In this document: in pieces, positions 33,153 through 42,900 of the stretch
Layout: every line of letters starts with the position of its first letter
Position numbering within the stretch: position 1 is the first letter of the stretch
NCBI GenBank assembly: GCA_015069615.1
Contig: SVIF01000004.1
Location: 6,270 to 70,269 of the forward strand
Origin: Clostridiales bacterium
Lineage (GTDB): Bacteria; Bacillota; Clostridia; Christensenellales; Borkfalkiaceae
Direction of reading: 5' to 3'
DNA: 64,000 nucleotides
Made by a program: the position numbers and the translations under genes
Notes under the pieces: model-generated
Databases searched by the model: none
Seen by the model: the letters and a program-made list of their open reading frames with translations, nothing else
Told to the model about the DNA's origin: nothing

Positions 33153-33878
33153 TTATTTATTTTCGCTTTCTTCCTTTGGTTTTCTTTTTAGCATTGCCTT
33201 AATGGAAGTAGGGTGTTCTTGCCCGTGGAATAGGCGGTACAAGTTTTGATGGTGCGCCCCGTAAACCAAAACCATAGAAAGCGCAACGCACGCGTACGCC
33301 ACGATAAGCGCCCATAAAGGCGCGTTATACGTCCCGTACGAAACGATTAAGCGAACCGCGTATAAAATGGCGGGGGGGGTGATGGCGATAAACGAACCTA
33401 CCGACCCAAGTTCGGTAAAATACACGAAAGTAACCGCCGCCACAACGAACACGATACTAACCAAGGGGGAAGAAACCATATATACGCCGATGGTAGAAGC
33501 AACGCCCTTTCCGCCCTTAAACTTAAAGAATACGGGGAAAATATGCCCTAAAATAACGCATACGCCCGCAACCGCCTTCATTACGTCCGCAACCACGAAA
33601 GCGCTACCTGCAAAATAGTAGTTTTTGTAAAGTAAAAAGGCAACCAAGGTGGGAACCGCGCCCTTCAAAATATCCAAACCCAAGGTCATAAGCCCGATTT
33701 TTGCGCCGAAGGTACGGCTCATATTCAAAGTACCGGGGTTGCCGCTACCTTGATTTCGAATATCCTTGCGCTTTAATTTGGAAATCATAATGGCAAAGTT
33801 GATATTGCCAAACAGATACGCGCCTAAGGCAAGCAATAGAAATTGCCACCAGCACTCAGAAAACATTAAATATTTCAC
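33153..33878 (-). CDS. plsY: Glycerol-3-phosphate acyltransferase PlsY
   Basis: 241 aa, polytopic, with GSGNPGTLN and GGKGVAS motifs. 4-nt overlap with der. Confidence 0.85.
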   Translation of the reverse strand: MKYLMFSECWWQFLLLALGAYLFGNINFAIMISKLKRKDIRNQGSGNPGTLNMSRTFGAKIGLMTLGLDILKGAVPTLVAFLLYKNYYFAGSAFVVADVMKAVAGVCVILGHIFPVFFKFKGGKGVASTIGVYMVSSPLVSIVFVVAAVTFVYFTELGSVGSFIAITPPAILYAVRLIVSYGTYNAPLWALIVAYACVALSMVLVYGAHHQNLYRLFHGQEHPTSIKAMLKRKPKEESENK

Positions 33879-35194
33879 GATTCTTCTTCCTCCCGTTCAC
33901 GGAAAACAAGTTTGATGGGCGTACCCGTAAAATCAAACGCGCGACGGATACAGTTTTCCAAATATCTGCGATAAGAAAAGTGTAGTAACGCCCCGTCGTT
34001 GACGAAGAACACGAAGGTGGGGGGAGCAACTTCCGCTTGTACGCAGTAATGAATTTTTAATCTTCTGCCTTGATAAGACGGGGGTTCGGAAGTTCGGATA
34101 GCATCCGAAATTAAATCGTTCAACACACCCGTAGGGGCACGGAAATGCGCGTGTTCGTTAGCGCGTTCGCAGTAATCCACGATTTTTTCCACGCGTTGAC
34201 CGCTTTTTGCGGAAACGAACACCGTTTCTACGTAATCCATAAAGGCCAAATCGGTGGCAACCTTCTTTTTGAACTCGTTCACCGTGTTGGTATCCTTTTC
34301 AATCAGATCCCACTTATTCATCACGATAACGCAAGGCTTATTTTGTTCGTGAACGTAACCGCAAATTTTTACGTCTTGCTCGGTAAGCCCTTCGGATGCG
34401 TCCACCACCGCGATACATACGTCCGCACGGCGAATTGCCGCAAAGGCGCGAAGAACGCTGTAATATTCCAAATCTTCTTCCACGCTACGCTTTTTACGAA
34501 TCCCAGCCGTATCAATTAGGGTGTACTTTTTACCTTTCAAGGTAAAATCCGTATCAATTGCATCCCGCGTAGTTCCCGCAATTGCCGAAACAATGGTGCG
34601 GTCGTACCCCAAAAGGCGGTTCGTGATACTGCTTTTGCCCGCGTTGGGCTTGCCCACTACCGCAATTTTTAAGGTATCTTCCTCTTCTTCGTCCTCTATT
34701 GCGGGGAAATGCTTGCACACTTCGTCAAGAACGTCCCCAAGGCCTTTGCCAAGTTCGGCAGAAACACCCACGGGATCGCCCAACCCAAGCGCGTAAAATT
34801 CATACAAATCTTCTTGCTTTGCGTTATCCCATTTGTTTACGCAAAGAACTACGGGTTTTTGCGAACGGCGAAGCATATCCGCTACGTCGTAATCAGAAGC
34901 CGTTAAGCCGTTTTTTGCATCCGTCATAAACACGATAACGTCCGCCGTTTCAATGGCGATTTCACTTTGACGGAAAATGTGTTGCCACATTTCATCTTGC
35001 GATTTCAGTTCCAAACCGCCACAATCAATTAAGGTAAAGGTTTTCCCGCACCATTCCGCATCTGCGTATAACCGATCACGCGTTACGCCCGGACGGTTTT
35101 GCACGATAGAAAGCCGTTTCCCCGTTACTTTATTGAAAAAAGTGGACTTGCCTACGTTGGGTCTACCAACCAGCGCCACCAAAGGTTTTGCCAT
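33875..35194 (-). CDS. der: Ribosome-biogenesis GTPase Der/EngA
   Basis: 439 aa with two GTPase domains (GRPNVGKST and GKPNAGKSS, DTAG x2, NKWD x2) plus a KH-like C-terminus. Confidence 0.9.
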   Translation of the reverse strand: MAKPLVALVGRPNVGKSTFFNKVTGKRLSIVQNRPGVTRDRLYADAEWCGKTFTLIDCGGLELKSQDEMWQHIFRQSEIAIETADVIVFMTDAKNGLTASDYDVADMLRRSQKPVVLCVNKWDNAKQEDLYEFYALGLGDPVGVSAELGKGLGDVLDEVCKHFPAIEDEEEEDTLKIAVVGKPNAGKSSITNRLLGYDRTIVSAIAGTTRDAIDTDFTLKGKKYTLIDTAGIRKKRSVEEDLEYYSVLRAFAAIRRADVCIAVVDASEGLTEQDVKICGYVHEQNKPCVIVMNKWDLIEKDTNTVNEFKKKVATDLAFMDYVETVFVSAKSGQRVEKIVDYCERANEHAHFRAPTGVLNDLISDAIRTSEPPSYQGRRLKIHYCVQAEVAPPTFVFFVNDGALLHFSYRRYLENCIRRAFDFTGTPIKLVFREREEEES

Positions 35195-35268
35195 AATTTC
35201 ACCGTTTGTTTCGTTTTTTTAATTATACTCTATTTTCTTAGTTCTTGTAAAGAATTTTAGCAACCGTT

Positions 35269-36639
35269 TTACACCATTTCTTCGGGGTGGAACACTTTAT
35301 CAAATTCGTCTACACTTAAAAATCCTAATTTTACGCAGGAATCCTTTAGCGTTTCCCCTTGCTGATACGCGCGCTTTACTACTTTTGCGGCGTTTTCGTA
35401 GCCGATTACGGGACACAGCGCGGTTGCAAGCATTAACGAGCCGTGTAAATTTGCGCGCATTTTTTCCTTGTTGGCGCGAATCCCACGTACGCAGTTCTTT
35501 TCAAAGGACGTGATTACGTCCGCAAGTAAACGTACCGAATTTAAGAAGTTGTAATTGAATACGGGCATAAACACGTTCAGTTCAAAATTTCCTTGCGACC
35601 CAGCAACGCCCACCGCCGTATCGTTTGCTATTACCTGAACGGCAACCATGGTTACCGCTTCGCACTGCGTAGGATTCACTTTACCCGGCATGATGGAAGA
35701 TCCCGGTTCGTTTTCGGGAATAAAAATTTCCCCTAATCCCAAGCGCGGACCGCTGGCAAGGAAACGAATATCATTTGCCATTTTCATCAAATCCGCCGCA
35801 AGTGCTTTTAATGCACCGTGGGCAAAGATAAGTTCGGATTTAGAGGTTAACGCGTGGAACTTGTTTTCCGCCGCTGTAAAGGGATAGCCGGTAAGCCGGG
35901 CAAGTTCATTAGCCACTTCCCTATCAAAGCCCTTAGGCGCGTTTAAGCCCGTTCCCACAGCCGTTGCGCCGATAGCAATGGGATATACTTTTTCAAGTGC
36001 GCTTTCCATTAGTTCCGCATCTTTTTCTAAGGAAGACCGCCAACCGCTGATTTCTTGCGAAAAGGCAATGGGGGTCGCATCCATTAAATGCGTTCTTCCG
36101 CTTTTAATAACCCCTTGGTTTTCTTCTTCTAAACGGAGTAACGTTTGAATTAGGGTGGATAACGCGGGCATTAAACTTTCTTTGATTGCAAGAACCGCCC
36201 CAATATGCATTGCCGAAGGGAAGGTATCGTTGGATGACTGGGACATATTTACGTCGTCGTTCGGGTGCAAGAGTTCTTTCCCCGCTAAGGCGTTGGCGCG
36301 GTTTGCAATGACTTCGTTCGCGTTCATATTGGTTTGCGTACCACTACCCGTTTGCCATACCGCAAGGGGGAAATGCGCATTCAGTTCCCCGTCAATCACT
36401 TCCTTTGCCGCCTTGGTTAAAGCGGAAAGCTTTTCTTCAGTCATTTTTTGGGGTTTTAACTTTGCGTTGGCGCGTGCGCAAGAAAGTTTAAGTAGCCCAA
36501 ACGCGCGAACGGTAAGAGGGGGCATTTTTTCGGTGCCGATTTGAAAATTTTCCAAACTTCTTTGTGTTTGTGCGCCCCAGTATTTATCTTGGGGAACGAG
36601 CACTTCCCCCATAGAATCGTGTGTAACGCGATATTCCAT
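35269..36639 (-). CDS. fumC: Class II fumarate hydratase
   Basis: Starts MEYRVTHDSMGEVLVPQDKYWGAQTQRS and carries the signature GSSIMPGKVNPTQCEA. The longer ORF-track start is rejected. Confidence 0.85.
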   Translation of the reverse strand: MEYRVTHDSMGEVLVPQDKYWGAQTQRSLENFQIGTEKMPPLTVRAFGLLKLSCARANAKLKPQKMTEEKLSALTKAAKEVIDGELNAHFPLAVWQTGSGTQTNMNANEVIANRANALAGKELLHPNDDVNMSQSSNDTFPSAMHIGAVLAIKESLMPALSTLIQTLLRLEEENQGVIKSGRTHLMDATPIAFSQEISGWRSSLEKDAELMESALEKVYPIAIGATAVGTGLNAPKGFDREVANELARLTGYPFTAAENKFHALTSKSELIFAHGALKALAADLMKMANDIRFLASGPRLGLGEIFIPENEPGSSIMPGKVNPTQCEAVTMVAVQVIANDTAVGVAGSQGNFELNVFMPVFNYNFLNSVRLLADVITSFEKNCVRGIRANKEKMRANLHGSLMLATALCPVIGYENAAKVVKRAYQQGETLKDSCVKLGFLSVDEFDKVFHPEEMV

Positions 36640-36821
36640 AACCTTTTCATGCCTCCTTACGCTTATTTCCATTGTTTTTACAGGTTTCAAACACATTATC
36701 AACAATTGTTGAAATAAGCCTTTTCTTATTTTATCATATTTTTTTGTTTTTTTCAAGAAAAAAAGCACAAGAAAAGAAAAAAGGCAAACACTTTCGTGTT
36801 TGCCCTTTTAATCCTTTCTAA

Positions 36822-37100
36822 TTAGAAAATACCGAACACCGCTGCACCCAAGTACAAAACTAACGCAATCCAAAAAGTAATGCGCCAGCCCTTGCCCTTG
36901 TTATCCGCATAAGCGTATGCCGCGAATGCGATACCAAGCAGTAATGCGATATCCTTTACCAAACTTAAAATGCCCAACAATTTACCTTGCATCGTAATGC
37001 CGATTTCGGGCAAAACGTTATAGATGAAGATCAACAGTGCTGCAAGCAGTAATGCAAAGAACGAGCAAAATTTTACGAAATCATTTTTTTCCTTTCCCAT
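36822..37100 (-). CDS. Small membrane protein, unknown function
   Basis: 92 aa from MGKEKNDFVKF, with three hydrophobic helices. AAGGAAGG RBS. A terminator hairpin lies at about 36785-36806. Confidence 0.4.
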   Translation of the reverse strand: MGKEKNDFVKFCSFFALLLAALLIFIYNVLPEIGITMQGKLLGILSLVKDIALLLGIAFAAYAYADNKGKGWRITFWIALVLYLGAAVFGIF

Positions 37101-37260
37101 AAGAAAAGCACCTTCCTTTAATTTTTTAACGGCAATTGCAAGCAAAAGCGCTTAACCATGCCCTTATTTTTTATAGTATACCATAATTTGGCAATTCTTG
37201 CAATAGGTTATGCGAAAAAAATTAGAAATGATTTTTTTCGCTAAATTCCGCGGGAATACG

Positions 37261-37737
37261 TTATTCCATAGGCGTAGCGCGGAAAATCTTTTTCATATAT
37301 TCGGTAAAAAACGTTGCAAAGGACTTTCTTTCCTTTTTTGTGGAACGGAAATGCGAAACAATCCCAAGCAAACCGCCTGCCACAAGCGCGGCAACCGAAA
37401 AATACCACTTCCCCGTTAACAGCTGAACCAAAATGCCCGAAAGCGCGCCGATTGCGGCGGAAAGAGAAAAGGCGGTAATTTTATCCGCTTTTTGGGTAAG
37501 TTCGGTTTTTAGCAAACTTCCCTGAAATTCAGCTTTCCCGTTCTTTTCCCCTACCGTTCCCGAAAAAACGAAGCGGGGCATTTCTTCTTGCTTACGAAAA
37601 CTGCCCACCGTAAAGGAAAACGCTTCGGTGGAAATTTCCCCGGATAGATAATACTTTCTATCCCGATAATGCAGTTTCTTTTTGTGTACGTCGGCAACCT
37701 GCTCTACCGTCATACGGCTTAAAAATTTCATTTCCAT
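37261..37737 (-). CDS. Hypothetical protein with a C-terminal pair of TM helices
   Basis: 158-aa ORF starting 4 nt after the GSIII stop. No recognisable motif. Confidence 0.4.
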   Translation of the reverse strand: MEMKFLSRMTVEQVADVHKKKLHYRDRKYYLSGEISTEAFSFTVGSFRKQEEMPRFVFSGTVGEKNGKAEFQGSLLKTELTQKADKITAFSLSAAIGALSGILVQLLTGKWYFSVAALVAGGLLGIVSHFRSTKKERKSFATFFTEYMKKIFRATPME

Positions 37738-37740
37738 TTT

Positions 37741-39825
37741 TTATCTCACACTGTACAGTAAATCGTTGTAATCGGGCATGGTCCAGTATTCTTTGCCCGT
37801 AATCAGTTCGGCGCCGTCCACCGCATTTCTTAAGCGGTTCATGGCGGGAATCACCTTTAATTTGCACGCTTCAGCGCGACCAAGGGCGGTTTCGGCGGAT
37901 TTTACGCTTTGAATTGCATCCTTAAGTTCACGTTCACCTACAAGCATTTGCGCGGTAAGTTTGCCTAAAGAAACAAGCAATTCCTTTTCCGTTTGCACGT
38001 CCGCATCCGATAGCGCGACAATATTCCCCGCCCACTTGGCAAGGTCGCCTTTATAGCGCATTACGCCAGACAAAACGTTCTTTCTAAGCATGGTAAGCAT
38101 GGTTTCCCCTTCAATTACGATTTGCTTAGCGTAAGAACTTAGCATAATTTCGTAACGGGAGTGCATTTCCGCGGGCGAAAGCACGCCAAATTCGCTGAAC
38201 AGCGCCACGTTTTTATCATCCAAATAGCGTTTTACCGCGTCCACCGTAGTGGCGTTATCCGATAAGCCGCGGCGGTGTGCTTCTTCCTTCCATTCCGCAG
38301 AATAGTTATTGCCGTTATACACGATGCGCTTGTGCTTGCGATAAGTTTCGCAAATCAGTGCGCGAACGGCCGAGGTTAGGTCCTTTTTTACCGAAAGTTC
38401 GGCGTAAAAATCTGCAAGAACTTTGGCAACCGCGGTGTTTAGTACCAAGTTGGGGCTTGCAATAGATTGTTGGCTACCCGGCATACGGAATTCAAACTTA
38501 TTCCCCGTAAACGCGAAGGGACTGGTGCGGTTTCTATCCGTTTTATCTTGATTAAAGTGCGTGATAACCGAAACGCCCGTAAGTAGTTCGCGCGCGGTTT
38601 TTTCGGAATAGCGTTCCCCACGTTCCATACTTTCCAAAATGGAAGAAAGTTCGTCCCCAAGGAATACGGACATAATGGCGGGGGGCGCTTCGTTTGCGCC
38701 CAAACGGTGGTCGTTACTTGCGCTAGCCACCGAAATGCGGAGCAAATCCTGATACTCGTCCACCGCTTTTAGTACGGCAACCAAGAACAGTAAGAACTGC
38801 AAGTTTTCGGCAGGGGCTTTGCCCGGCTTAAACAGGTTTTCGCTTGCCGTTTGCAAGGACCAGTTGTTGTGTTTACCGCTGCCGCTGATACCGTTAAAGG
38901 GTTTTTCGTGCAATAAGCAAACCATTCCGTGGCGGTGTGCAATCCGCTTCATCATCGCCATAGTTAGTTGGTTGTGGTCGGTAGCAAGGTTGTTTGCACC
39001 GTAAAGGGGGGCAAGCTCGTGCTGGGCGGGCGCCGCTTCGTTATGCTTGGTTTTTGCATATACGCCAAGTTCCCACAGCTCGCGATCCAAGTCTGCCATA
39101 TAGGCAAGCACTCTATCGTTAATTTTACCAAAATAATGGTCGTCCAACTCCTGCCCCTTGGGGGGTTTTGCGCCGAACAGCGTTCTACCGCAAACAACCA
39201 AATCCAAACGGGAATCGTGAACCTTGTCATCCACCAAGAAATATTCTTGTTCCGCCCCTACCGAAACGGTAACCTTTTCTTCTTTGCCGAAGAGGGATAA
39301 AATTTTAGCGGCTTCCTTTTCCACCACTTCAATACTGCGAAGAAGGGGCGTTTTTTGGTCTAACGCTTCCCCACCGTACGAACAAAAGGCGGTGGGAATA
39401 TATAACGTAGTTCCGCGCACGAACGCGTAGGAGGTAGGATCCCACGCGGTATAACCGCGTGCTTCAAAGGTTGCACGTAATCCCCCGCTTGGGAAGCTAC
39501 TACCATCCGTTTCCCCCTTGATTAGCATTTTACCCGAAAATTTTACGATAGGCTTCCCGTTTTCACTTTCCAAAAAACTATCGTGTTTTTCGGCGGTAAC
39601 GCCCGTTAAGGGTTGAAACCAATGGGTAAAGTGGGTTGCGCCAAGTTCTAGCGCCCAATCCTTCATTTCGTTAGCCACTACGTTAGCAATTTCCAAGGAT
39701 AAGGGTTGATTGTTTTTAATGCAATCCTTAAGCGCTAAATAAGTTTCACGGGGCAAGCGTTGCTGCATAACCGCATCCCCGAACACGTATTTGCCAAAGG
39801 AAGATAAAATGATGTTTTCCGCCAT
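37741..39825 (-). CDS. Type III glutamine synthetase (GlnN-like)
   Basis: 694 aa, the GSIII size class. The N-terminus FGKYVFGDAVMQQRLPRETY...THWFQPLTG is typical of GSIII, and the catalytic core EQEYFL..NEAAPAQHE is present. Confidence 0.85.
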   Translation of the reverse strand: MAENIILSSFGKYVFGDAVMQQRLPRETYLALKDCIKNNQPLSLEIANVVANEMKDWALELGATHFTHWFQPLTGVTAEKHDSFLESENGKPIVKFSGKMLIKGETDGSSFPSGGLRATFEARGYTAWDPTSYAFVRGTTLYIPTAFCSYGGEALDQKTPLLRSIEVVEKEAAKILSLFGKEEKVTVSVGAEQEYFLVDDKVHDSRLDLVVCGRTLFGAKPPKGQELDDHYFGKINDRVLAYMADLDRELWELGVYAKTKHNEAAPAQHELAPLYGANNLATDHNQLTMAMMKRIAHRHGMVCLLHEKPFNGISGSGKHNNWSLQTASENLFKPGKAPAENLQFLLFLVAVLKAVDEYQDLLRISVASASNDHRLGANEAPPAIMSVFLGDELSSILESMERGERYSEKTARELLTGVSVITHFNQDKTDRNRTSPFAFTGNKFEFRMPGSQQSIASPNLVLNTAVAKVLADFYAELSVKKDLTSAVRALICETYRKHKRIVYNGNNYSAEWKEEAHRRGLSDNATTVDAVKRYLDDKNVALFSEFGVLSPAEMHSRYEIMLSSYAKQIVIEGETMLTMLRKNVLSGVMRYKGDLAKWAGNIVALSDADVQTEKELLVSLGKLTAQMLVGERELKDAIQSVKSAETALGRAEACKLKVIPAMNRLRNAVDGAELITGKEYWTMPDYNDLLYSVR

Positions 39826-39855
39826 GGTTTGCCCCCTATTTTTTCTTTTTCCGTA

Positions 39856-39885
39856 ATTATATCACGCGCGCAAAGGAAATGTCAA
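39856..39885 (-). promoter_or_regulatory. SigmaA-type promoter of the GSIII gene
   Basis: Minus strand TTGACA-18 nt-TATAAT. Confidence 0.5.
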
Positions 39886-39903
39886 TCAAACGGAAAACAA
39901 AAA

Positions 39904-39935
39904 CCCGCCCCACACGAAAATTCGTGCGGGGCGGG
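39904..39935 (-). terminator. Terminator downstream of the 2,260-aa gene
   Basis: cccgccccacacgaa / ttcgtgcggggcggg (one mismatch), followed on the minus strand by UUUUUGUUUU. Confidence 0.6.
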
Positions 39936-39972
39936 CAGGTTTTACCTATAACCCTTTATCCGTTAGGATAAA

Positions 39973-42900
39973 TTAGCCGATGGTAATAGAGGAGGGATTG
40001 AGCAGAGTTCCGTCCGTCAAACCGAATTGCAACAAGTTTGCAGGTTCGGTGAACCAAGTTTGCCAGTTTGCATTGGAAGGTTCTACCACGAAGTAACCCG
40101 TTAAGGTACCCATGTTATCATCTACGTGAACAATGCCACCCGTTTGTTGACCGGGGCAAACTGCTACGTTATCTACCCAAACGTATACGCGAAGTTCCTT
40201 AATGGAGCCATCTGCGTTGAGTACGTCTTTCACTTGGTAAGATAAGGTGTGTTCGGTACCCGTTAACCAATCGTTATGGGTGAAGAAGTAGCTGCTGTTA
40301 ACGTTGCCAAGGCCGTTACCGCTGTTGTAAATCCACCACATTTGTGCTTCACGCTTAGCGGGAACACGGAAGGACAATGCGCCCCTATCGTTACCCCACC
40401 AAGTGTTGTTGGTAGAAGTACCGCGCAAGGGAACGAAGAACATTGCATCCGAAGCCGCGTTAATCTTAAAGGTTACGTTGACACGCGCGTTGTATACGGT
40501 GTAGTTTTGCATAATGCGGTTAGCCCAAGTACCCGTTTGTACCAAGTTATCCGTGGTGCCGATTTCAATATCCTTCGCGCCAACTTTTACGCCGTTTACC
40601 TTATAGGTTAAGGTCATCGTTCCGAATACGGTAGCGGTGTAAGAAGCCTTGTCGTTGGTAAGATCGGTTACCGCGTACGCGCCGTAGCTTGCGGAACGAA
40701 CGAGGTAGGAAGTTAAATCTTCGCCCGTAACCTTATGCGATGCGGTTGCGGTGGGAAGGGTGAACGCCGTACCGATGGTTGCGGTGGATACGCCCGTTAC
40801 GGTAAATGTTACGTCTTCAGCCAACAGTTCAATTACTTCAACGTTTACGGTTACTTTGTACGATTTATAGCCTTCTTTTACGAAGCGAACGTCTAATTCG
40901 TACGAACCTAACGTGGAAGTGGAGAAGGGTTGATCTAACAACGCACCTTTGTAGTAGTATTCAATCGTTACACCATCCAAAGCGGAAGTCGCTTCGTAAA
41001 CGTAGGGAACGCCAACGTATGCAGTAGTTACGGAGGGTGCGGAAACACTTTCCTTCATGTTCGCGGTCCATTCTTCACCGATTTCTACGGGGATAACGGT
41101 TAAGTTTACGGTTTCGGTAACCGTTTTATAACCGTATTTCACTACTTTTACAGTAACCGTAAGGGTTGCACCCGATTCGGTTAATTCGGGAGCGGTTGCG
41201 GTATCCGTAAAGCTGCCGTAGGTATAAGTTACCGTTGCGTCGTTAGGCAAGTTTTCAAACACTACGGAGGCAGTACCGCCGAAGTCTACACTTTGACCGT
41301 AAATTGCAAGACCAACCATTTCGTTTTCACTAATCTTGTAGTCTATTACGAAAGTTTTAGTATCATAACCGGGTGCGCTCACCGTAATTTTAGCGGTGTA
41401 ACTACCAAGTGTGCTAGGTTTTTCGGAAAGGGCAGCGGAAGAACCGCGGTTGAAATACTGAATGCTTTCTACGGTTGCATCAATACCACTCGTTACAAAG
41501 TCGTATTCGGTACCGTAAATTACGTCGTATTCCGTACCCGAAAGGGTTGCGCCGCTCATTCCCACTTCAACTACGTAATCCAAGGACATGTTATCACCGA
41601 AGGTGATAGCAGCAATGGTGTAGCCTGCGTTGTCCGATTGAACGAAGCCTGCTACTTCGTAGAAGGTATCGTAGAAGTTTGCGGTATCTGCAACCGAAAT
41701 CACAGCGTAATCGAAGCCGCTAACCTTTTGTAATACGCCGTCAACCCAAGTGTAAACGCGGATTTCCTTCAAAGTGCCGTCTTCGTTCAATACGTCTACC
41801 GCTTGGTAGGACCAAGTGTGGTACTTATTCGTGGAGCGTTGCGAGAAGGAAGCGTAGGTATGACCGCCGTTTCTCAAGGGGTTCATTAAGAAGCAGTCGC
41901 GCACGCTGGGGCGGAATGCCAAGCCATCCCAATAGGTAACGTTGTTGAAGTTATCGCCACGGATGGGCAAGGAAATTACGCCAGCCATGTTGTCTTTTAC
42001 GTAGTAGGTAACGTTTACACGCGCGTTATATTGTTTAATAGCGGTGTACTTGCCACTCTTCCAGTTTGCAGTGTCGTCAATCAGGTTGCCCGAAGGAATT
42101 ACCGTCATTTCGGTGGTTTCCATTAAGGAACCTTGATAGTAGTATTCCAAGGTAAGAACGGAAGCCACGTTGTGCGTTAAAGTGGTTGCATCCCCTTTCA
42201 GGTTCGCAATTACTTGTGCGCCCATACGTACTTTTACGTCAACGTTTGCGCGGATATCCGTTTCCCCTTCTTTTGCCACCAAGGTGGGAAGGGTTACCGT
42301 ACCGGGAACTTGCGCTTCCGTAACGGGGGTTACTGCAAAGGTTAAGTCCGCAGCACATACTTTTTCCACTTCATACAAAGTTTCATTGTTGTACTTATAC
42401 GCGATAGTATACGTTTTCTTTTCATTGAATACGTAGGTTGTAGGATCAATCAGCGCGCCGTCCACGAATACGTCTGCCGCTACCACCTTATCGGGGTAAA
42501 TTACGTTCATAACGGGAAGGTTTGCAACTTCACCGTAAGGCAAGGTTTGTTCAAATTCGCCTTCTAGTTTATAAGTGTAGGGACGAACGCCGTTTACGTA
42601 AATTTCTTGGTTTGCAACGTTCTTCGCGTTAAAGATTACCGTGGGCGTGAAGTAGGTTTCCTTATCAGCATTTACGGTAGATGCAGGAATGGTTAAGTCC
42701 AATCTTTTTTGACCGTCAAAGTAAACCACTACGCGAACGCCGTTGAATTTGCTGCTCTTATACGTATCTTTTACATTATAGGTAAGCACGTGTTCTGCCG
42801 AAGCAGAAGTGTCTACGTCGGGCATCAAAGTAGAAATTAATACGTCTTCAATATCGTAAGCGAGCATCAACTTAGCAACGCCATTTTCACTACCCAAACG

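Noticed and set aside
35269-36768. The 499-aa version of fumC, and an aspartate ammonia-lyase assignment.
   Set aside because: The first 43 codons have no homology and span the upstream palindrome region. The GSSIMPGKVNPTQCEA signature is the fumarase variant, not the AspA variant.
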